DNA of 63,981 bases, the filler included, from a bacterium (GTDB lineage: Bacteria; JBBIVP01): the NCBI GenBank assembly GCA_037439705.1. It is 5 parts of 5 records of this genome, joined end to end, with 100 filler letters (N's around TTAATTAATTAA, not from the genome) between each part and the next. Parts side by side here need not be neighbours in the genome. Positions count along the whole stretch, not along the records: positions 1 to 14,503 come from JBBIVP010000032.1; positions 14,604 to 28,747 come from JBBIVP010000033.1; 3 more parts are not named here. The stretch is one strand, 5' to 3'. The number at the start of each line of letters is the position of its first letter. The first letter of the stretch is position 1. The notes under the pieces are model-generated. The model saw only the letters and a list, made by a program, of their open reading frames with translations. It ran no database searches and had not been told where the DNA came from. The position numbers and the translations under genes are program-made. Shown in pieces: positions 11,642 to 22,100 of this stretch.

Positions 11642-12746
11642 ATTCAACCTCACACCTTTTTTCTAAGAATTCCATCGTTTTCTTTCTTATTATACCATCC
11701 TCAATCCTTCTTTTCAATTCACTATTTGCCGAGAGAACCTCTACTCTTCTGTTCATTTCCTTCGCAAGTTTTTCAATTTCCTCCATAATTTCTTCATCTT
11801 CAGCTCCTATATTTTCCTTTTCCGCTATGGCATAAAGGAGTATCTCGCTTTTTACCCTTTCTTCAGCGATTTTCGGAAGTGCCGGGTCATCCTTTTTGAG
11901 CTCCTCCTTGAGCCTTCTGTATTCCTCAGAAACGAGGCTTTCCGGTGCCTCAAAGTTATTAACTTTAATCAAATGCTCAAATATAGCATTTTGAATCCGG
12001 TTTTTGATAACCCTTTCTCTGTCCATTTCCAGTTTTTCCCTTATTTTTTTCCTCACACTTGAGAAATCTGGTTCACCGAGAACCTTCGCAAATTCATCAT
12101 TTGCCTCTGGCAGGATTAACTCGTAGATTTTTAAAATTTTTAAAACCCTGTCCTTAAAGTTGACCACATCACCAATCCTCTTCCCATCAAACTCATCGCC
12201 TTTTTCAACAATGAGGAGAATACCCTTTTCTTTACCCTCAGGAGAACCTGCTTCCACCACATCCTTTTCTTTTACAGAATCCCTTTCTTCTACAGGTTTG
12301 AGTGTAGCATGTTTTCTTCTAAGGTCATCAATAACAGCCTCCACATCATTATCAGTGAGCGTCCAGTCTTTTATCTTGATTTTCATCTTTTCATAACCCA
12401 ATGGTTCAATTCTAGGCAGAACATCAAATCTCACTGCGTAATTGAAACTGTCTTCTATAAACATCTCCTCAATGAGGGGCGGATGGATTGGATTCAAACC
12501 TTCTTTTTGAAGGATTTCAGAAAGCGTCCGCTTAATTGTGGTTTCCATCGCCTCCCTTTTAGCACTTTCTCCATAATAACTATGAATTATCTCTATGGGA
12601 GCCTTTCCCTTTCGGAATCCTTTTATATCGGCATTTCTTTGAACCTCTTTGAGTATTCTCTGAATTTCCCTTTCCACCATCTCCTTTTCAACTGATACCT
12701 TAACCTTTCTTTTTGTTTGAGAAATGTTCTCTACTTTGTATTCCAT
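11628..12746 (-). CDS. tig: Trigger factor (short form)
   Basis: GFRKGKAP ribosome-binding motif; canonical tRNA-Leu-tig-clpP-clpX-lon order. Confidence 0.9.
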   Translation of the reverse strand: MEYKVENISQTKRKVKVSVEKEMVEREIQRILKEVQRNADIKGFRKGKAPIEIIHSYYGESAKREAMETTIKRTLSEILQKEGLNPIHPPLIEEMFIEDSFNYAVRFDVLPRIEPLGYEKMKIKIKDWTLTDNDVEAVIDDLRRKHATLKPVEERDSVKEKDVVEAGSPEGKEKGILLIVEKGDEFDGKRIGDVVNFKDRVLKILKIYELILPEANDEFAKVLGEPDFSSVRKKIREKLEMDRERVIKNRIQNAIFEHLIKVNNFEAPESLVSEEYRRLKEELKKDDPALPKIAEERVKSEILLYAIAEKENIGAEDEEIMEEIEKLAKEMNRRVEVLSANSELKRRIEDGIIRKKTMEFLEKRCEVEYERD

Positions 12747-12758
12747 TTTTTTATCCTC

Positions 12759-12840
12759 TGCGAGGGAGGGGACTTGAACCCCTACCTCTTTCGAGACTGG
12801 ATCCTAAGTCCAGCGCGTCTTCCTGTTCCGCCACCCTCGC
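12759..12840 (-). tRNA. tRNA-Leu (anticodon TAG)
   Basis: GCGAGGG/CCCTCGC acceptor stem, anticodon arm CTGGA-CTTAGGA-TCCAG, long variable arm, GGTTCAAGTCC T-arm. CCA not encoded. Confidence 0.95.
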
Positions 12841-12901
12841 TTATTATTTTATTCTACACAGCCCAACAATTTTTACAACTTAACAAATATGAAGGTCTGG
12901 G

Positions 12902-13318
12902 CTAAACATCAAAAACCACTTCTGTAACAAACTCATTTCCCTTCTTTTCAATTCTGAGATTATGATAGGTTGCCGCCTTTAATTCCGTCCTTAATTCAAA
13001 AAACTCCTCATTCAGAGGAGAAAAAAGAATTTCTGCCTCAAGACTTTTTTCATAAACCTTCAAATTTTCAATCTTCAATGGAACTTTTTTTAAGGAAACA
13101 AAATAAATGAGTTCGTTCAGAAACCTGACAAGAACCTCCTCCTTGTCAATCCCTTCTACAAAAATTTTTTTCCTCTCAAAATTTTTTATTTTTTTTCTCT
13201 TTCTTTTTACGACTATATCCAGAAATCCCTGGAAAGCCGAGGAAAAAAGGTCCTCTATCGTCTTCCCCTTTATTTCAATTTTTATGTCTGCCTTGTGGTC
13301 AATAATCCTGTAACCCAC
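12902..13318 (-). CDS. Archease
   Basis: DHKADI at the N-terminus, KAATYH, and a C-terminal FDV. Confidence 0.9.
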   Translation of the reverse strand: MGYRIIDHKADIKIEIKGKTIEDLFSSAFQGFLDIVVKRKRKKIKNFERKKIFVEGIDKEEVLVRFLNELIYFVSLKKVPLKIENLKVYEKSLEAEILFSPLNEEFFELRTELKAATYHNLRIEKKGNEFVTEVVFDV

Positions 13319-14331
13319 TATATTTTCCAGAAGACCCTGAATGTGGAAAGAAGGGGCTCCCTCAAATAAGGGGGTATCATGCCTTTCATTGAAATTTTTT
13401 CCTCTCCTAAAAGAACCCTGAATACCTTTTCAACACTTTCCGTTAAACCCTTTATTGAATATCCGCCCTCAAGAAGGAGAAAAGGCCCTCCTGCACCTAT
13501 CTCATCCGCAACTTCTACAATTATTTCCGCCATCCTTCCAAACCCTTCTGATGTAACCCTCATATCTCCAAGAGGGTCATCAATGAATGGGTCAAAGCCT
13601 GCTGAAACGAGAATTATATCCGGGCGATAATTTCTTATTACAGGAGCGATTATCTCTTCAAAACATCCCACATAAACCATATCATCCGAACCACCTGGGA
13701 GTGGAATGTTCACGGTATATCCTCTTCCCTCTCCCTCACCAACTTCTCTCAAAGAACCTGTTCCGGGATAATATGGCCATCTGTGAGTGGAAATGTAAAG
13801 GACATCACTTCTCGTCCAGAAAGCCCACTGTGTTCCATTTCCATGATGTAAATCCCAGTCAATTATTGCAACCCTTTCCATTCCATTTCTTATGCAGAAT
13901 TCAGCAACAATGGCTATATTATTGAAAAAACAGAATCCCATTGCTCTGTCTGATTCAGCATGGTGTCCCGGTGGTCTTATAAGGGCAAACCCTCTTTTTA
14001 TGTTTCCCTTTATAAATTCCTCCATCATGTTCAGAGAACTTCCTACAGCAAAAAGGGCTGTCTGAAATGAATCGGCTGAGGTTGATGTATCAGTATCAAG
14101 GTAAACGCTTCTGCCATCTGTACCTTTTATCCGGTTAAAGTGGAATTTCGTATGAATTAAAAGAATTTCCTCCTCTTCTGCCTTCCTCAAAGGAATGGAT
14201 TTAAGTTTTGAAATCAATCCTTTTTCCTTTAGCATCTCATTAAGAGCCCTCACCCTTTCAGGACTTTCAGGATGCCCGTAAGAGGGAAGATGATTCTCAA
14301 AAATTTTATCTGCTACTACACCTACGCTCAT
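13318..14331 (-). CDS. Zn-dependent histone deacetylase family amidohydrolase
   Basis: HPESPER, RPPGHHA, DWDLHHGNGTQ, SAGFD, LEGGY. Confidence 0.93.
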   Translation of the reverse strand: MSVGVVADKIFENHLPSYGHPESPERVRALNEMLKEKGLISKLKSIPLRKAEEEEILLIHTKFHFNRIKGTDGRSVYLDTDTSTSADSFQTALFAVGSSLNMMEEFIKGNIKRGFALIRPPGHHAESDRAMGFCFFNNIAIVAEFCIRNGMERVAIIDWDLHHGNGTQWAFWTRSDVLYISTHRWPYYPGTGSLREVGEGEGRGYTVNIPLPGGSDDMVYVGCFEEIIAPVIRNYRPDIILVSAGFDPFIDDPLGDMRVTSEGFGRMAEIIVEVADEIGAGGPFLLLEGGYSIKGLTESVEKVFRVLLGEEKISMKGMIPPYLREPLLSTFRVFWKI

Positions 14332-14503
14332 TTTTTTATTATCTCTCCTGTTCAAAAAATTTCAACAAAAAACAAATTCTATATTCACACAAAATTTTTA
14401 TAACTTCCTTTACATCATTGCAAGGCTGGTTCTTTTTATTTTGTAGACACACATAGACATTGTTACCAGGGGAAAGGGATAAAATTGGATGAAAAGGTTT
14501 TTT

Positions 14504-14603
14504 NNNNNNNNNNNNNNNNNNNNNNNNNNNNNNNNNNNNNNNNNNNNTTAATTAATTAANNNNNNNNNNNNNNNNNNNNNNNNNNNNNNNNNNNNNNNNN
14601 NNN
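14504..14603. other. Artificial contig linker
   Basis: N44-TTAATTAATTAA-N44, stops in all six frames; identical at four sites. Confidence 0.98.
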
Positions 14604-14604
14604 T

Positions 14605-14655
14605 CAATCCAACGCCCTGAACGGTTCCTTTCACCAGTATTTTTGATGCCTTCAT
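14605..14655 (-). CDS. hypF: 5' fragment of probable HypF (acylphosphatase-like N-terminus), cut by the contig end
   Basis: Manual translation gives MKASKILVKGTVQGVGL (VxGxVQGVG motif). Divergent from a [NiFe]-hydrogenase operon. A stand-alone acylphosphatase is also possible. Confidence 0.6.
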
Positions 14656-14724
14656 TGATTTTATCTTATGAAATTTCTAATCCAAAGGCAAAGATTATTG
14701 ATTTTCTTGAAATGAATTTTTGAT

Positions 14725-14733
14725 TGTTATAAT
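14725..14733 (+). promoter_or_regulatory. Extended -10 promoter of the redox operon
   Basis: TGTTATAAT, with TTGAAA 15 nt upstream of the TATAAT hexamer; AAGGAG SD before ATG 14818. Confidence 0.55.
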
Positions 14734-14817
14734 GTTTTACTGGGAATAGGGTGGGATTAAAGGAAGGGGAGGTAGAAAGATGGATTTTGGGAGGAAGAAA
14801 AATCAAGGAGAGAAAAG

Positions 14818-15981
14818 ATGAAGAAGGGAAGAGTTTATCCAGGATTTGTCTATGAGGTAAAAAAGTATGGAAGATTTGATTTCACAGGTTGTTACAACTG
14901 CGGAACCTGTCCTCAAGTATGCGCTCTCTCTTCAGATAGTGCCCCTTTTCCAAGAAGACCAATTCAGTTTGCGCTCCTCGGATTGAGGGATGAGATGTTA
15001 AAGAGCCTTGAACCGTGGCTATGTCATGATTGTGGGGATTGTTCAAAGTGGTGTCCAAGGGAGAATGAGCCACAGCATTCAATGGCAACCCTTAGAAGGT
15101 TTCTCCTTGCTCAATATGACTGGACAGGAATTGCAAAGTGGATAATGAGGTCAAAGGTTTTACATTTCAGTCTATTATTTTTGACAGCAATTCTATTTCT
15201 CCTTCTCGTATGGGTTTATCATACCTTCATTGACCCGGATGTTAGAGGAACCATATCAACAAAGGAATTTTTATCTACCCCTATGGATTTATCCCATATG
15301 TTTTCAAGCCCATATCCTATTATGCTATATTTTACCCTCTTTGTTATCCTTTTCCCGATTTTTATTTTAGGAGTAAATCTGTTCAGGATGTGGAGGTGGA
15401 CGATGGCAGATTTGAGGATTCCATTTTCAATATATCTAAGGGAATTCATAACTTATATAAGGCACTCTGTAACCCATGAGAATATAAGAAAGTGTGAGGA
15501 AACAAAAGAGAGGTGGCTCCCACACTGGCTTATGGCTTTGGGATGTGTGATGATGCTTTTTATTCTGGTATTTGCATTAAAATGGTTTCAGACAGATAAG
15601 GTTCATCCTGTTTATCATCCCCAGAGATGGCTTGGATATATTGCAACAATTTTTATGCTCTATGGCTCAGGTGATGCGCTTTTGAGCAGGATAAGAAAAA
15701 AATCGGTTGTTCATAAGTATTCTGAATTCAGCGATATCACATTTCCGCTTCTTCTCTTCCTTGTTGCTTTGAGTGGAATTGTCCTTCACATATTTAGAAT
15801 TTTAGGGCTTTCACTTGCAACCCATTATGCTTACGCAGTTCACATAGCAATAACCATTCCAATGCTTCTTGTTGAACTTCCATTTGGAAAGTGGTCTCAC
15901 ATGATTTACAGACCAATGGCAATCTATTTTCAGAAAGTTAAAGAAAGTGTGATGGAAAAACAGATTAGGGAGGTAGCATGA
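14818..15981 (+). CDS. QmoC-like quinone-interacting membrane subunit (2x[4Fe-4S] plus cytochrome b-type TM domain)
   Basis: CYNCGTCPQVC and CHDCGDCSKWCP, followed by about six TM helices with candidate heme His residues (WLPHW, VLHIF, VHIAI, KWSHMIYRP). Confidence 0.8.
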   Translation: MKKGRVYPGFVYEVKKYGRFDFTGCYNCGTCPQVCALSSDSAPFPRRPIQFALLGLRDEMLKSLEPWLCHDCGDCSKWCPRENEPQHSMATLRRFLLAQYDWTGIAKWIMRSKVLHFSLLFLTAILFLLLVWVYHTFIDPDVRGTISTKEFLSTPMDLSHMFSSPYPIMLYFTLFVILFPIFILGVNLFRMWRWTMADLRIPFSIYLREFITYIRHSVTHENIRKCEETKERWLPHWLMALGCVMMLFILVFALKWFQTDKVHPVYHPQRWLGYIATIFMLYGSGDALLSRIRKKSVVHKYSEFSDITFPLLLFLVALSGIVLHIFRILGLSLATHYAYAVHIAITIPMLLVELPFGKWSHMIYRPMAIYFQKVKESVMEKQIREVA

Positions 15982-16853
15982 GCAAAACAAAAATAGGAGC
16001 AGCAATGGTAGTGGGAGGAGGGGTTGGAGGAATTCAGGCAGCCCTTGACCTCGCTGAGGCTGGAATAAAGGTCTATCTTGTAGAAGATAAACCATCCATA
16101 GGTGGTGTAATGTCACAACTGGATAAGACATTTCCGACGAATGACTGCGCTATGTGCACATTGGCACCGAGGCTTGTCGGTGTTGGAAGGCATAAGGACA
16201 TAGAGATAATCTCCCTTTCGGAGATAGAAAAAATTGAGGGAGAGCCCGGAAATTTCAGGGTAACTTTGAAGAGAAAGCCGAGATATGTTGATGAGGAGAA
16301 ATGCACTGGTTGTGGAACATGCGTTTCAAACTGTCCTACAAGAAACAGGGTTCAACCGCTTGAGCCCTCACCCATTGAGATTGAGCATGAGTTTAGAGAT
16401 AAGGTTGTGGAAATCGTTCAGAGGAATAAAGGAAGGGATGGACCGCTTATGCCAATTCTTCAGGAGATAAATGCTACATTCAACTACCTTCCTGAAAGTG
16501 CATTAAGATATGTAGCCAAAGAAACTGGTTATCCTCTTTCTCATATTTTAAGAATTGCCACATTCTACAGTGCATTCAGCATTACGCCGAGGGGAAAATA
16601 TGTAATAAATGTGTGCATAGGCACAACATGTTATGTGAGAGGTGCTGATAAACTTATGGAGAGATTTAGGGATGAGTTGAAAATAAAAGAAGGGGAAACA
16701 ACACCTGACAGGCTCTTCACATTGAGAGGAGTAAGGTGCATAGGTTGCTGTGGACTTGCCCCTGCTCTTATGGTGAATGAAGAGGTTCACGGAAAGGTCA
16801 CAATTCCTCATGTAAGAGAGATTATAAACAAATATAAAAAGGAGGCGGCATAA
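15978..16853 (+). CDS. Fusion of an HdrA N-terminal fragment with a NuoE/HydC-type [2Fe-2S] domain
   Basis: aa 1-120: GGGVGG, DKTFPTNDCAMC, RYVDEEKCTGCGTCVSNCP. Remainder: ATFYSAF, CIGTTC, CIGCCGLAP. Confidence 0.88.
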   Translation: MSKTKIGAAMVVGGGVGGIQAALDLAEAGIKVYLVEDKPSIGGVMSQLDKTFPTNDCAMCTLAPRLVGVGRHKDIEIISLSEIEKIEGEPGNFRVTLKRKPRYVDEEKCTGCGTCVSNCPTRNRVQPLEPSPIEIEHEFRDKVVEIVQRNKGRDGPLMPILQEINATFNYLPESALRYVAKETGYPLSHILRIATFYSAFSITPRGKYVINVCIGTTCYVRGADKLMERFRDELKIKEGETTPDRLFTLRGVRCIGCCGLAPALMVNEEVHGKVTIPHVREIINKYKKEAA

Positions 16854-17236
16854 TGCCGAAGCTCACAATTGATGAATTGAGAAGGAAAAGGGAGGATGCT
16901 AAGAAGGGGTTATATTTAAGGGAGGGAGAATTCAAGGGAAAGGTGATAGTTCATATGGGAACCTGCGGAATAGCTGCTGGAGCGAGAAATATCCTATCAG
17001 CATTCCTTGAGGAATTGGAAAAGAGTGGAAGAAAGGACATAATGATAACAACAAGTGGATGTGCAGGGTTGTGTTCAAGGGAGCCTATGGCTACAGTGGA
17101 AATCCTTGACAAACCGCCTGTCAAGTATGTTGACCTCACTCCTGACAAAGTCAGAAAAATTTTCAGGGAGCACCTTTTGGAAGGCAAAATAGTTGTTGAA
17201 TACGCCCTTGGAATAGGTTCTGAAAGGGGAGGATAG
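16853..17236 (+). CDS. Thioredoxin-fold ferredoxin subunit (HydD/HndB-like)
   Basis: VHMGTCGIAAGA...SGCAGLCSREP. Confidence 0.85.
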   Translation: MPKLTIDELRRKREDAKKGLYLREGEFKGKVIVHMGTCGIAAGARNILSAFLEELEKSGRKDIMITTSGCAGLCSREPMATVEILDKPPVKYVDLTPDKVRKIFREHLLEGKIVVEYALGIGSERGG

Positions 17237-17238
17237 AT

Positions 17239-19116
17239 ATGGCTGTAAGAAGGATAGAACTTATGTTATGCACAGGAACAGGCTGTGTCGCAGGTGGGGC
17301 ATACAAGATAAAGGATGCCCTTGAGAAGGAACTGAAAAAGCACGGGCTTGATAAGGAAATATCAATTGTTATTACAGGATGTAATGGCTTCTGCGGACAG
17401 GGTCCGCTTATGGTTGTTGAGCCCGATAAAATTTTTTATGGTTGGTTGAAGCCCGAAGACATACCACATCTCGTTGAGGAGCATTTTCTAAAGGGAAGAC
17501 CTGTTAAAAAACTGATGTTCGTTCCACCTGAAAAGAAGGAACCCGTTCCATTAGTTTCAGATATTTCATTCTTTAAGAAACAGTACCTTATTGTCTTAAA
17601 GAACAAGGGAATGATAGACCCAGAGAAGATAGAGGAATACATTGCAAGGGATGGATATGCAGCCCTTGAGAAGGTTTTGACATATATGGACCCCGAATCT
17701 GTCATTGAGGAAATAAAGAAATCTGGATTAAGGGGAAGGGGAGGTGCAGGATTTCCAACTGGAATCAAATGGGAAGTGTGCAGGAAACAACCAAAAACCC
17801 CCAAGTTCATAGTAGGCAACTGCGACGAGGGAGACCCAGGTGCTTATATGGACAGAAGCGTTTTTGAATCAGACCCCCATTCTGTTATTGAGGGAATGAT
17901 AATTGGAGGATATGCAATAGGTGCAAATAAGGGATATATATATGTGAGGACTGAATACCCACTGGCAATTCAGAGGATGAAGCTCGCAATTCAACAGGCA
18001 AGGGATTATGGGCTCCTTGGAGAAAACATTCTCGGTTCAGGATTCAGTTTCGACCTTGAGATAAGAGAGGGTTCTGGCGCATTCGTCTGCGGTGAAGAGA
18101 CATCACTTATTCATTCCATAGAAGGAAAATCTCCTGAACCACGACAGAGACCACCTTTTCCTGCACAGGAAGGAGTATGGGGATGTCCAACGGTTATAAA
18201 CAATGTTGAGACATGGGCTAATGTTCCAGTAATCATTCTCAGGGGTGCAGAATGGTTTTCAAGCATAGGAACGAAAACGAGCAAGGGGACGAAGATATTC
18301 TCTCTCGTCGGAAAGATAAACAATACAGGTCTCATTGAGGTTCCAATGGGGATAACCCTTAGAGAGATAATTTATGAGATAGGAGGAGGGATTCCGAAGA
18401 ATAAGAAGTTCAAGGCAGTTCAAACAGGTGGTCCATCAGGTGGATGCATACCAGCATCACTTATAGACCTTCCAATTGACTATGAGAGCTTAACAGAAGC
18501 GGGCTCAATGATGGGTTCAGGAGGAATGATTGTGATGGATGAGGAAACCTGTATGGTTGATGTGGCGAAGTTCTTCATACAGTTTACAAACGATGAATCC
18601 TGTGGAAAGTGCTCTACCTGCAGGGAAGGAAGCGAGGCCATGCTTGAGGTTCTAACCAGGATTACAGAAGGAGAAGGAAGGGAAGGGGATATTGAGTTCC
18701 TTGAGGAACTCGGTCAGGTTGTAAAAGATGCCTCAATGTGTGGACTCGGTAAGACCCTTCCAAACCCTGTTCTTTCTACAATAAGGTATTTCAGGGATGA
18801 GTATGAGGCTCACATTAAGTATAAAAGATGCCCTGCACTGGTCTGCAAGAATCTGATCAAATATTACATCCTTCCAGAAAAGTGTATAGGATGTACTGTT
18901 TGTATGAAGGAATGCCCTGTAAATGCTATAAAGGGACAGACGAAATACATTCATATTATAGACCAGTTGCTGTGCACAAAATGTGGAACCTGCATAGAAG
19001 TTTGTCCTCCAAAGGTATCAGCAATCATTAAGGTCACAGGAAAGGAAGCAGAAGAATTACAAACCATTCCGGAACCCATTCCAGTAGTAGAATTTAAAAA
19101 GAGGAGTAAAAAATGA
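17239..19116 (+). CDS. Long NuoF/HydB/HndC-type FMN- and NAD(P)H-binding subunit
   Basis: N-terminal CTGTGC..GCNGFC domain, GRGGAGFP, DEGDPGAYMD, GGPSGG, ESCGKCSTCREG and C-terminal 2x[4Fe-4S]. Confidence 0.92.
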   Translation: MAVRRIELMLCTGTGCVAGGAYKIKDALEKELKKHGLDKEISIVITGCNGFCGQGPLMVVEPDKIFYGWLKPEDIPHLVEEHFLKGRPVKKLMFVPPEKKEPVPLVSDISFFKKQYLIVLKNKGMIDPEKIEEYIARDGYAALEKVLTYMDPESVIEEIKKSGLRGRGGAGFPTGIKWEVCRKQPKTPKFIVGNCDEGDPGAYMDRSVFESDPHSVIEGMIIGGYAIGANKGYIYVRTEYPLAIQRMKLAIQQARDYGLLGENILGSGFSFDLEIREGSGAFVCGEETSLIHSIEGKSPEPRQRPPFPAQEGVWGCPTVINNVETWANVPVIILRGAEWFSSIGTKTSKGTKIFSLVGKINNTGLIEVPMGITLREIIYEIGGGIPKNKKFKAVQTGGPSGGCIPASLIDLPIDYESLTEAGSMMGSGGMIVMDEETCMVDVAKFFIQFTNDESCGKCSTCREGSEAMLEVLTRITEGEGREGDIEFLEELGQVVKDASMCGLGKTLPNPVLSTIRYFRDEYEAHIKYKRCPALVCKNLIKYYILPEKCIGCTVCMKECPVNAIKGQTKYIHIIDQLLCTKCGTCIEVCPPKVSAIIKVTGKEAEELQTIPEPIPVVEFKKRSKK

Positions 19117-22100
19117 AAAGCGTTGAGGTAATTATAAATGAAAAGAAGGTTGAGGAGGGGACAAAGCTCATAAATGCAATTGAAAAGGCTGGATTCTCTG
19201 TTCCTATTCTTTGCTATCACAAAGTCCTCTCTCCTTACGGTGCGTGCAGGTTGTGCCTTGTTGAAGTAAAGACCCCCGGAAGGGCTCCTGCCCTTCAGGC
19301 TTCATGCTCCTATCCCGTTCATGAGGGGATTGAGGTTTTGACAGATACAGAGAGGGTTAAAAAGGCAAGAATAATGGTTGCAGAGCTTCTCCTTGCAAGG
19401 TGTCCTGATTCAGACCTCATAAAAACCATTGCATATGCACACGGTGTTAAGGAGCCGAGGATAAGGAAAAAGAACGATGACTGCATCTATTGTGGCCTGT
19501 GCGTGAGAATGTGTGAAGAGAGGATGGGAAGAAGCGCAATAGGATTTACTGGAAGGGGTCCAAGAAAGAAGCTTGAGCCCCCATTTGGAAAGCACAATGA
19601 GATGTGCTGGACCTGCGGTGCTTGCAATTTTATATGTCCTGTTGGAAAGAAGGTTACAGTTCTAACTACAAAAAGACCATTCATTCCAATTCCAAATACC
19701 TTCAATATGGGTCTTGACTCAAGACCATCCATTTTCATCCTTTATCCACAGGCAGTTCCAAATAAGGCAATGATAGACAAAAATACATGTATCCATCTTA
19801 ATTATGAAGCCTGTGGAATATGTAAAGAGGTGTGCCCTGCTGGTGCAATAAATTATGAGGATAAGGAAAAGAAAATAGAATTAAATGTTGGAGCAATAAT
19901 TGTTGCTCCAGGATATGAACCATTTGATGCAAAATTGAAAGAGGAATATGGATACGGAAAATATCCAAATGTGGTTTCTGCGCTTGAGTTTGAGAGAATC
20001 CTTTCAGCATCAGGTCCATATTCTGGAAATGTTTTAAGACCCTCTGATAAGAAGCATCCAAAAAGAATCGCATTCATCCAGTGCGTTGGGTCAAGGGATA
20101 ATGAGAGGGATTATTGCTCAGCAGTTTGCTGTATGTATGCAACGAAGGAGGCGGTGTATGTGAGGGCATACAGCAAGTTATTTGAAGCGTATTATGAAAC
20201 AGCAAAAAAACAGGGGGTTAGATACATAAGGTGTAGACCAGCAAAAATTGAGGAGGTCCCTGAAACCAGGAACTTGATAGTCCATTACCTTGAAGAAGGG
20301 GATAAAAAGGCTTCTCATGAATATGATATGGTTGTTCTTTCTGTTGGAATGCTTCCTCCAAAGAGTGCGAAAGAACTGGCAAAAAGACTTGGAATTGAAC
20401 TTAACGAGTTCAACTTCTGCAGAACCTCTGTCTTTTCTCCAGTAGAAACTGTAAGAGAAGGGATATATGTGGCAGGACCATTCACTGAACCAAAGGATAT
20501 TCCTGAAACCGTGATGCAGGCATCCGCATCCGCATCAAGGGTTCTCTCACTTCTTTCCGATGTAAAGGGAAGCCTTATAAAGGTAAAAGAATATCCACCT
20601 GAGATTGATGTAACTGGTCAGGAACCAAGAATAGGGGTATTTGTCTGCCACTGCGGAACAAACATAGCGGGTGTTGTAAATGTGCCTCAGGTTGTTGAGT
20701 ATGCAAAGACATTACCGAATGTCATATGGGCTGAAAACTTCCTTTATACCTGCTCAGCAGATGCATGCGAAAAGATAAAGGAAAGGATAAAGGAGTACAA
20801 TCTTAACAGGGTTATTGTAGCATCCTGCACGCCGAGAACCCACGAGGTATTGTTTAGAAGCGTAATAAGGGAAGCAGGGTTAAATGAGTATCTCTTTGAG
20901 ATGGCAAACATAAGAGACCAGTGTTCATGGGTGCACATGGAGGAGAAGGAAAAATCCACAAAGAAAGCAAAGGACCTTGTGAGAATGGCAGTTGCAAAGG
21001 CAGTGCTCCTTGAACCCCTTCAGAAAGGGAAACTTCCAATAACAAAGGGGGCACTTGTTATAGGAGGTGGACTTGCTGGAATGACATCTGCATTAGAACT
21101 TGCTGAACAGGGATACAATGTCTACCTCGTTGAAAAGGAGAAGGAACTTGGAGGGAATCTGAGAAATATAAGGTATCTTTTCAATGGAGAAGACCCGCAG
21201 AGGGAACTAAGAGGAATAATTGATAAGGTTAAAGGAAATCAAAAAATCCATCTCTTCCTTGAATCAAAGGTTGAAAGCGTTGAGGGTTCTGTTGGAAACT
21301 TTAAAACAAGTATAAAAACGAAGGATGGAATAAAAGAGGTTGAGCACGGGGTTGTTATAATAGCAGTTGGAGCGAAGGAATATAAACCAAAGGAGTACCT
21401 CTACGGAGAAGACAGAAGGGTTATCACTCAGAGGGAGCTTGAGGAGAAGATTTCAAGTGAGGGAATCTCCTCTCCAAAGACATTTGTTATGATTCAGTGT
21501 GTAGGTTCAAGGGATGAAGAAAGACCTTATTGCTCAAGGATATGCTGTAATGAGGCAGTGAAGAATGCCTTGAAGATAAAGGAAATTTCCCCTGAATCAA
21601 ATGTCTACCTTCTTTACAGGGACATAAGGACATACGGTTTTAAGGAAAGTTATTACACTAAGGCGAGAAAAGAGGGCGTTGTTTTCATAAGATACAGGGA
21701 GGACAGAAAGCCTCAGGTTTCAAAAGATGGAGATAAACTTATAGTTAGCGTTTATGATTCCATCCTTGGAATGGAGGTTGAAATCCCAACAGATTTTCTT
21801 GTTCTTTCAGCAGGGGTTGTTCCTTATGAAGACAACAAAGAGGTTGCGCAGCTCTTTAAGGTTCCACTCACTCAGGACAAATTCTTCCTTGAGGCGCACA
21901 TAAAATTGAGACCCGTTGATTTTGCAACAGAGGGGGTGTTTCTCGCAGGGCTTGCCCATTCCCCAAAACTTATTGAGGAAAGTGTGATTCAGGCTCAGGC
22001 ATCAGCAGCAAGGGCGAGCACAATCCTTTCCCATGACCACCTTGAACTTGAGGCAAACATTTCTCACATAATTGATGAAAACTGTGATGGATGTGCATAC

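Noticed and set aside
19113-19650. [FeFe]-hydrogenase catalytic subunit
   Set aside because: Only the N-terminal Fe-S domains are present; no H-cluster motifs.
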